Shown in pieces: positions 28,101 to 37,900 of a DNA stretch of 64,000 nucleotides (positions within the stretch are counted from its first letter, which is position 1; each line of letters begins with the position of its first letter). The position numbers and the translations under genes are program-made. The notes beneath the pieces were generated by a model. That model worked only from the letters and a program-made list of their open reading frames with translations. It made no database searches and had not been told where the DNA came from. The stretch comes from Balanoglossus misakiensis (lineage: Eukaryota > Animalia > Hemichordata), in the NCBI GenBank assembly GCA_040954595.2, contig CM082584.2, positions 13,571,337 through 13,635,336 on the forward strand, given 5' to 3'.

Positions 28101-31100
28101 TGAAACATCTACAACAACAGACCTTCTATGAATCAAAATGTCCCAGGTGTGCGTAATAACGCCTTTCGTCTCGAAACACGACTCATGACCGAAAAATTTG
28201 GCTGAATGTACGTGCATATGTAAGATATAATGTTGTGTGCTTGGCTACATAATTACATCACATGATAATTTTGGTAAGAGGTATTATGAACAAGACGGTA
28301 GAGCGCCAGTCAATCAGATAACAACGCGAGTCTTGCGAAGAGATTGTGTATTGATCGAATGACATTCGGTCTTTGTATTGTGAGGAATAATGTTGAAGAC
28401 ATATGTCGATTACGCTATCGTATGGATCAAGATGCGGTCAGATGAACGGTTGTTGATGGTCACAAAATTGAAGTTAGCAACATCTGGAGAATTGCAAGCT
28501 ATGAAGGTTAATAGCTGACTGCAAATCTCTACATCACTAGCCTCTATTATTGCAGGAGATCTGATCATTCTGCGTTACCTTCAACCCTAAGAGGCCGTGC
28601 GGATATGAGGTCACTGTAAGCTGTCAAAGAAACGCTGCAAACGTCAGAAACAGATGCTCTGAATTCGGCTTCCTATTGAAGCAAGGAAATTGGATCGATA
28701 TTACCATGCGGCGACCGAGTAGAATAATGGAGATTAAAGACTGGAAATCAATAGGACCTTGATCAATGTAATGCCTCCGTAGCAATGACACCCCCCCCTC
28801 TCCGACGGTGGTTTTTCTTACAAGGATGCAGTCAACTAATGTGCTTTTTCTCTTCCTCGGTGTAAGTAATTGTGATATGGCATCACTATACAGGCGGAAG
28901 ACAGAAATATTGATTCCTCCATATGTTAAATTTGCCCGCACGTTAGATGTCTGAGCCACATGTAAGTCTTCATAAGCTTTAAGTGTTATAACATATGTAT
29001 ATTAGGCCTAATTTACATTGCAGTACGATCCAATATGGCCGCCAGGCGGCCATTTTGTTTCGATCAGTACAGTATATTATGATAATGTACATGTTCATGT
29101 AATATCGCCAGGAAACAAATTCATTTAGAACATTGCCAGAGCTAATATATTTGACTGACATTCCACCATGATTCCTTCAGTCTTCTCGTAATGTACTGAT
29201 CAGTGGGGACTAGGTCACTGACAATGACTATCACATATATGCCTACACACAACCTAAGATATGCTTTCTGTTGCGTCGCGTTGTTCTACTTTTACATCTA
29301 ACATTTGAAGGTTGAGGGTTAACTCTATGGCTCTCTAGAAAACGCCTCATCGAAGACACCAATTTCTTTCTTGTTCGGCACGTTCCCTAGTGAAGGCACG
29401 TTCTCCGGTGCCAATCAGTCATTTGTTAGATATTGCTCGCAACAAATTCACAGCACCAGCTTCATCTCCATGACGACTGTGGAATAAAGATTGCGGCAAA
29501 CAATTCAAGCCGCATGATCTGATTTTCAGGATTCATATCTTTGTGGTCCAGGTGACCATGTGTGTGGCGATTTCAGATTTATGCAGCTGCAGCTGTAGAA
29601 AATGTCGGACTTAAAGTGTCCATTTGAAACATGATGAAAACTTGGGTAGGTCCTAAATCCCTTTCAGCTAATCGACAGAAAGGATCCGTTGTACATAGTA
29701 TGATTGATTCATTTTTGGTACAGAAACCAACTCATTTGTGAGAGATGGGGTAACACGCCATGTGATTGGTTGGTTGGTTGGTATGGCAATGTGTTCGTCC
29801 AGGTGGTGCATATCTGTGCAATATGCACAAATTATGTAACAATGGTGTTGGGTGCACCATCTGTGGGGTATGCGCCAACAACTTGTGTTACCCGGACATG
29901 ATGGGTTTACACCAACTAAGGCGAGAAATTCCTCCAGCGTTTCTTTAAAAAACAATAAGTGATCTCCTTATCTTCCATTTTCTTTCCGTCGGACTGAGAA
30001 TTTTGCATCACTGTTGTGACCCTGTGCATCCGGGGAATTTCAGTGATGTTTCCAGCTGAGGACCGAATCCTAAAGCTGTGTTGAACATGTTGAATATAGC
30101 GTGACTCGGCACGACAGGAAACAAAACGCCCTGTGTTTACCATCAGAACATTCACTTAATTGAAAATGAGGACCAGAGGCGATATATCTTCCTACAATGA
30201 GTAAGCATTTCACAGAAATAACATTAAAGGCTTTATTTGACTAGCTGTTTCCCCGATGAAATTTTACTACTGAATCTAAAACCCGGCGCCGCAAGATAAC
30301 TAGACCTTTCCCCGATTAAATGACAGATTGGACTAACCGCACGAGAGAAGTGCTGCCATAAATGTCTGAAATTCTGAGCCATGTTGGTGTTATTGACTTA
30401 TCAATTATTTCATCAACAGTTATTTAGTGATTATATTCCGACAACAAAATCTGGTAGCCAGACATTAATTTCCCTCGGTTTCAAATGGAAATTCGAACTT
30501 TAAACGTTGCGGGTTAGGTGCCAGCACGTTCGTTCGTCCAAGTCAGTGGATACCTTATAGATAATGCGAGGTTTAGCTTGATTCTTCTCTGTGTCTGATG
30601 AAAAAGTATCAATACAATCAGTTGCAACGTTCTCCCAATATAAGCATTATTTTCTGAACGGCACTCCTTCAAGGAACCCGTCACCGCTGTGCGACGTGAT
30701 CGCTCAAAATGCCGGCTCAATTTGGAGTAAGTCCTGTTTCAATTTGTCTGGTTTGAAATTGCAGGAACTAGCAATAAATGGCGCAATTTAGAGGTCTTGA
30801 AGGCACATTGGGAAGTCATGCGAATAATGAAATAGTGCGCGGCGTAATAAAGAGACGAACGCTATAGGGGCCTAAGAAACTAGAAAGGAAATTACGCATC
30901 TTCACCGCGGTGCTGAAAATTTCAGATCATGGGGGGAATCTCTGCAGCGGAAAGCAAGGTCCCTGGGCGAAGCTTGAGCAACAGAGAAGTAAACAAGACA
31001 AATAATAGTAGAGATTTTGGCTTCATGGAACGAACAACGCACAACTTGAACTTAATAAAACAACATTCATCCGTCAGTTGTAGAATTTCTCGCCAAAGTA

Positions 31101-34100
31101 TAACGTGCAAAGGATCCCCAGGTGGAACTAAGTAAACCTAACGATGCGTGAATGTATTCAATCTATAGAAGGGAACGTGTTGGTGGCAAGATAAAACCTG
31201 TGTTCTGACTATCGACCCCCGTCAATAAGTTGGCAATCTCGCTGCCCATGCATGCATGCAGACGATCATTTCAAACACCGTCGCTAAAGCTCGACATTTC
31301 CGTAAAAATTCAATTCCCTCGATAGCGAGGCATTCACACTGTCTCCTAGTAGGGTTCCTCATCAAGCTCCTGGTTCTGTCACGCGAACCTCGCTATTTAC
31401 CATCCGCAGAGTACTTTTTTCCAAGAACCACATCTCACTGCTCTAAATATTCTTGGGTTTCACAACATTGTTCTCAGCATGTAATGAAAACACACAGCGC
31501 ACAAGTAATTTTGATTACATATAACCCTGTAAAAGTGCCACGGTTCCTTTTCAACCACGGGCTTACAACTGCTGAGGCTTAATCCAAAATTAGAGGAATG
31601 TGGTACACTGCCCAGCCATTCCACCAGACGAGGGCATAAACGCACTTAAAAGTCAGATATCCACTTTCAAGCCTGGCTAATAAATCCTTCGCTAACACAT
31701 CTTTTGTGATTTAATACTGTCGGAAACTTAATTTATCCAAAGTAATGAATTTATCACATCGCCATCATTACATAATGCGCACCAAGGAATACAGCAAAAC
31801 GAATATTTCAATATTCTTAATGAAAACCGTGTTTGCATTCGTAAGAGATGAATGCAGTGGGAGGTTCGTCAGGGGTGATCACATAATTGATTTCTCAGTG
31901 GTAAGAAAAACTGATTCATGCGTCTTCTCTCGCTGAGCTACGTTCGCTTTATGAGCGACCAGACTCAATACGGGTATCCGACATGCCATGTGTGATCATT
32001 TCTAAATCTTTTCCATGGAGACAACGCCCGTTGGACGATGGACACTCCAGATTTTAATTCGCCTATCTTGCCATTGGGAATTGAAGTCACACATTCTGAT
32101 CGCTTCTCTCTCACACACATCTGTTCTAGGCAATACATCAAAGTGGGTTCATTAAGGCTTGTTAAGCGAGTAAAGCGTAGCGGTGATTGAAATCATCTTT
32201 AATGGCCGTTGCAGAAACGTGACTTTCATTGACCTCGTTCCGTATACACTTATCTGACAAATTATCTGACTGCAAACCAGCAAATTACAATCGCATCATG
32301 TACGATGGCCACCGTAACATGGAGACTCTGGTGGCTATCTAACAAGTCTGTGATTAGAAATAAAAATTCTTACATTATGCTTGCTAATCGAAACGCCGTA
32401 AAGCCTCGTCCCCTGCATCTGAACTATGTGTATTAACTTGGTTTTTATCACAATATGAACACTCTCTCGCGGATGAGTAGATGGACGTGTGTCGGCCTGA
32501 GGGATGCACAAATATTTTATAACAAAAATGGCATTTAATGGAGGTGCGATAAAATGAGGAATGGTGTAAACATTAATTTCCTGATAATTTATATGCAAAT
32601 AACAAAGTAAATCTAAAAATTGATGGGAATATTGATCGTGGTACTTGAATGTTTTATTATGACTAGGGAAATTATCGTAAAAATCACGTTAAATGGGGTA
32701 GTAAATTTCTTGCAACCGTCTTATCTGACATAATACGTGAATACACGTTCTTTCATGTTACTCGAAAGTATTATGGTTGGATCACACAAGATCGTTTGAC
32801 TATTATTCCGAAAATGCAATTTCCACGGTTGACTAACAATCATTACCTCATGATGTTAAAAGTGGAACCGTCGATTAGAAACAGCTGTAGCTAAAACCGC
32901 CAAACCTGCTCGAATTAATCTGAAGATACTTTATCGTCAAGAAACCGCACTGATATACCTCCAGATTTACACAAAATACGTTATCAGAAACCTCACACAT
33001 AACAAAACATGTCGAGATTGTGGGCCTGCTAATTTACGACATACATTTACGTGTAAGATCTATAGCCAACAGTCTACCTGACATCAAGCAACGGTGATAG
33101 ATTTGTAGCCATGGTAACGATACCAAGTTCCGGAGAGTGAAATTAACCCGTCGACCCCAATTTTGCATTTAACGCGACAATAATCTTTCTGAGTGCAAAG
33201 ACAATATTTTACATGACCTCTCTGTTGTAGAGCACCCAATTCAATTATGTTGGGTAATTCTATCAGGGACCTTTTTTAGCGATGGCTTTGCATATTTTGC
33301 TTGCCTTAATATAGGTGCTGCCATCGATGTTGGCACCTGTCTGTGCGATAGAAAAAAAACGCGACACAGAAAAAACAACACTTGAACAGCACTGCAAAGG
33401 GTACTTATTTCGAATGTCTCTTGTATCCTTTTTCAAAGAGCACTGAAGCCAAATACAAATCGAAGTCAGACGAAACTAAAGCTCACTCTCACGTCTTAGG
33501 AGAAAGTCTGGAGTAAACGCAAGATTGAACAGTCGCCCCTGCATTCTCACAACATATTTTTCAATCGAACGCCCGCACGTACATACATACTGTACTGATT
33601 AATCGACAAGAAAGGATTAAAATGAAAATTATGCTGCTTCTATCGACCATATAGACCTGTATACATAATATAAGCTTACGTTCCTAGGTAATATCCAAAT
33701 GTCATCCCTGGACACAACATTGCTGGTGCATATAAAATAAGAAGCCTTGCAACTGGCGTAGGTCTGTGATTATTGACTTTCTGGTTGATTTGCGACCAGG
33801 TTCAACACAGGTTTACGACAAATATGTAAAATTTACAATATTTTCGCGAACTGTACATCATTTGGCATACACTAACACATAGGAGCTTGCGGACGATCGG
33901 AGTCAATACAGGGCTCCGAATTTTTGCGCAGAAACTGATAGTCACTATTAAAAAGCATACTTTCCTTCACTGAACGGACACGCGTCGAAGTGTGCATTCC
34001 ACCTACAATCATGATCCACCAAGTTTCGCCACGCGATTTATCGACATGTATAAGGGAAGACAACTATAGCCTAAACTAAAGAAAGCCACGCATGAAAATG

Positions 34101-34385
34101 CACATGCCATAAACAGATACGAAAGTAATGAGACGCACATACCTTGACACCCGGAATTTGATAGAGCGGAAGATTTGCCAGGTAGTGGCCTTCGTCGTAT
34201 TGACACTCCTCCCCGCTGCAATGTTCAGCATCGTCGCCACCCGTAGAAGTAGAAAGAACAACTTCCTCGTCCTGTTTCTCTGACAAAGTCGGCGACGGGA
34301 ACGCTGAAATAGTCAGAAGAGAAACAGTTGCTAGCAAGAGAATGAGGTGGTCAAACTTGGTAGCCATTTGAACAACCAGGCTCAT
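11468..34385 (-). CDS. P4HTM: Transmembrane prolyl 4-hydroxylase (2OG-Fe(II) oxygenase with EF hands), 491 aa
   Basis: Ten phase-consistent exons: 34385-34143, 16993-16912, 16434-16241, 16096-16035, 13742-13708, 13215-12992, 12780-12644, 12324-12234, 11979-11853, 11748-11468. Motifs GVKIGH...PLLFEIPKFLSDEDC, EF-hand loops DENHDGFLDLEE and DPDGDDMLNLEE, catalytic HYD...H...K (GGHYHAHYD; YTLHGGCDV; KWIANNW), LYYLNDVPEGGETAFP, C-terminal KGEL. Confidence 0.93.
11740..11852 (-). repeat. Imperfect tandem duplication making up P4HTM intron 9
   Basis: Minus strand reads GTAAGTGTTCCCTCCCTGCAAAAACATGTGTTTCTGCATGCTGGCT...GTAAGTGTTCCCTCCCTGCATAAACATATGTCTTCTGCAG|GCTGGCT. Confidence 0.9.
16122..16171. 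repeat. (CAT)n trinucleotide microsatellite in P4HTM intron 3
   Basis: About 16 perfect ATC/CAT units between exons 16241-16434 and 16035-16096. Confidence 0.97.
19726..19781. promoter_or_regulatory. 22-bp tandem duplication carrying an AP-1/CRE motif cluster
   Basis: TGACTCA at 19726, then ACGTCACTACACAAAAACTTAT twice (19737-19758, 19760-19781), producing TTACGTCA and TGACGTCA. Confidence 0.5.
25600..25650. repeat. Degenerate (CAGA)n simple repeat
   Basis: cagacagacagaccgagagacagacaaac...agacagacagacaga seen directly. Confidence 0.7.
29031..29057. repeat. Palindromic CAATATGGCCGCC/GGCGGCCATTTTG motif, probably part of a non-autonomous DNA-element remnant
   Basis: Near-perfect 13-bp inverted repeat with a 1-nt spacer. 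The AANATGGC core is common in invertebrate interspersed repeats (inference). Confidence 0.5.
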
Positions 34386-34959
34386 TTCCGCGTCCGGGTC
34401 TGTGACACTGGAATCGGGGTTATTGGCTGGTGAACACAGTATAGTACTCGAAGAGTTTTTTTATAGTGGTGGTTGCCTCGCGACAATACTGCATGCCAGC
34501 AGCCTGCGTTTTAAAGACATCCGCTGCTACGTCCGAGTTTTTTTCTCAAGTTTTTTTTATAATGTCAGTCAGCTAAGCCTACTTATCTGAATGTTTCAGA
34601 TCAGGTACTTTGATCACGCGACAGTTTCAGAACCTATTTACTGACTTTCATTAATAATGTACACTTTAAGCAAACCCGGAAGACAGCGCCAACCGCAATC
34701 CACACTTTCTTTTCGCATCGAAAATATTCGCAAACTTAGGGTGTACTGCTTTGAGTTGTTCAACAACTCTCGCCGTGTCGCAAACCACGAGATCGAGAAT
34801 CAAGATGGCGGCTGTTTTGAACGGAGAGACAGCTGGCTGAACGTGTCTTGGTTTCTATGCGATTCGTGTTCTTAATGTGATTTGGCGACACTTTTCGACA
34901 AGACGGAAGGCTTAGTTTAAATAACAAGAAGACAAAATGACGACTTTTGAACTCAAATA
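34386..34959. promoter_or_regulatory. Putative bidirectional promoter shared by P4HTM and RAD17
   Basis: About 575 bp separate the divergent start codons; the region is CpG-rich and has a canonical YY1 motif CAAGATGGCGGC at 34801-34812. Confidence 0.7.
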
Positions 34960-37900
34960 ATGGTATGCAATTTTCCAATTCAAAGAACTCACTTTCTTCG
35001 GACTTCAGAAGTTCGGTCACTCACTTCCTGACCTCTGACCTAAGGAACAGACGACGCTGTACTGTAGTATTCACTGGACTGTTTATGACAATGCAAACAC
35101 CATCGCCGTAATTACAAGACTGTCTCTTATTGTAGAAAGTCTTAACCTTTTACTGCTGAAGCTGATTGAGGTGTTGCAATACCAGAATCGGTCGGGAACA
35201 AATGATAAACATGTCTGACACCTCCAACGTCCCTTATACCGACATGACCTGACCTGGGGACAAGTAATTAACATGTCTGACACCCGAATCAATATGCGTT
35301 CCTCATTATGACCCGGTCACTCCACCTGATTATGGTTTGACAGTTATACACATAGCCAATTAGCAATCCTCTAGATAGGGACCCAATTTATCGGCAATAT
35401 TTTTTCCTCCCCGGGCCCACTCAAAGGATGGTGTTTTAATTAATGCAGTCCCTCATTTACATAATGTTATTGTTATACAGAATACACAAAAGAAATCTTC
35501 CTCCAGGGCTGGTCAAGCAACCTTGTTGTCATTATGGTCAGATGGTGGTGATGGCAATGATGGTGGAGAATTTGAGAAGAAAAAGAGCAAACTGCCAAGA
35601 AGTTTGACACAGCCAGGTGGATTTGAACACTCAAAAAAGAAGGTGAGCAGAATTACTTTGTCATTATTCAAACATTTAACGTTACATTTTTTATTACTGT
35701 TTTGGATATTGTTTTGTGTGTTAAGTTGTTGATTTTCTAGATATGCATATTTAATTACATGTTGAATAACCAGAGCTTCCTTCTGACATTTGTCAATATA
35801 ATTCATGTTTTTCTTCAAACTATTTAGAAGAAGCAATGGATCAGTTCATCTTTTGATGATTTTGGAGATTTCGGTGAAGATGTCAGTGCAAGTCAGCCAA
35901 GCTCTTTGTCTGCATCCATTCAGAGCAGCAGAAAGCGACAGAGAGGTGGGGAGAGTGCTGACAAGCCAAGTTTCAAGGGCAGATCACGTGGCAATCCTGA
36001 CAAGAAGGAAATAGAAACAGAAATATGGGCTGACATACACAAACCAAAGACCCAGGTGAATTTTTACTACATGTATTTCTGGCTACTGTAATAAGCAAAT
36101 ACATGTAGTTGAAACAGACATTATGGGCTGATTTATTTAATCATACATGGGCATACGTAAACTGGAGATAATTGTAAACGTTAATTTCAATCCACAGTCT
36201 GATCTTGCTGTGCACAAGAAGAAGATATCTGAAGTTGAGACATGGCTTCAACAGCACTGTGCAAAAATACAGAGTACAAAAAAGGTCAGTTTTTGTTTGG
36301 TTTGGATTGATTTTGGAGACTGTTATAGAAGAATACCAATAAATGTATGTTCTGATTCATCTCTCTGACACATGTGTCGTGCAGTTTATTCATGAGTTGA
36401 CTAATCTGGTAGATTTGTACTCTCTTTTACACCTAATTCCTCTTTTGCTGTGGACCTGTCTTTAGAAATGTGGCATACTTTTGCTGACTGGTCCAGCTGG
36501 TGCTGGGAAGACAGCCACTGTGGAAGTGTTGTGTCAGGAACTGGGAATCGAAATCCAAGAATGGATAAATCCATTGATGCCGGCATACGAGGCCGGAAAG
36601 TCTCACTGGAGAAAAGGTAGGCATGTGTGTAGTGAAGTGACGTTTGTGAAAGATAATAAATTGCCTTCTCATTTAACCTACACTGATGTTTCCACAGCTG
36701 TGCCTGTGAGAAAAGTTTTTTTTTTTTCTGAAAGGATTGGGTCAACGTGGGTTAAGTGCCTGGGGGATGATAAAACAGCATGAAAGTGACAGTCTGTTGA
36801 GCTCAGCTCAATAAAATGAAATAATTCAGTATTGACTATAAGTGTTTACTTTAGTGTCAGGTGTGTTCATATTGCTAGACAAATCAACAGAGGTGACGTA
36901 TATGTGATGTCTAGGTACAGTGTTATGTTTTGGAATATTAGTACACCGCAGCTTTCATTCTTTGAACCTTGACCTTTGAAAGAAAAATGAAGTGTTTGTC
37001 AATTGTTTTATCTGGGCTCCGATAACAGCAAGTTTGGTATAGGCCTAAAAATCTGCATATTTCATCAAACATTGTAAAATAATTGCATTAGGCTAATTAG
37101 AGGTTTGCATAGTATTTGAGGCTCAAGAGAAAAGTTTGTTTTTTAATTCATGTGTAGCTTTACAAAGATATAACATGTACCTAGTCTGTTCATAGTTTGT
37201 CTGTTTGGCTAGATTTGCATTCCATGGTAGGTCAGGTTCTGGAAGCCAAGATTTATCACTGCCGTTAGAATCCAACATAAAATACAAACACAGTCATCCC
37301 AGAGAGAGAAAAAATCAGACAAACTTAAGAAACATCAGCCAGTGGGCAAATTGAAAATGTCATGACGTTACAGGAAGGATTTTTCTTGACAAATGTGAAA
37401 GAAGATTATCTGGTTTGCAACAGGATATTAATATTTTGAAGTCTTTCTTTTCATTAATGTTGTATCAGTACCCAGTGGGGTGGCATACAGATTACAGTGA
37501 GAGCTGTGTTGTGTCTTTGTCTAATCTGAAGCTGCTGGGGCTGTTTGCGAAAGAAGAACCATTAATCTGTATTTCTTCCTGTAAGATGATCAATTTTGCC
37601 TTCAAGTACGTCACGCAAGACGGAGTATCTCATGAGTTTCCGTGCCAGAAATGTTTCTTTGATCTCCTCCGTGGAGATCAGTTTTCTTTGCTGTGTGAAT
37701 AAGAAAATGTTGACAGGAAATTTGAATTTCCAATGACTTTTTTGTACAGTTTCTGATTGATAGTAAGAGCCCACTTAGAATGGCATTGTTTTTTTTTTAC
37801 TGTCAGAAGCACGTAGTTATATTCCTGAGGATTGAATTTCTGATTTATGCTTGGAAGATTGTGTATGGATTTGATGTTGCACTGACCATTATCGACCAGA

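Noticed and set aside
35029-35041. Perfect DR1 TGACCTCTGACCT (and a DR3 at 16871-16885)
   Set aside because: Such motifs are frequent in invertebrate genomes and uninformative as single occurrences.
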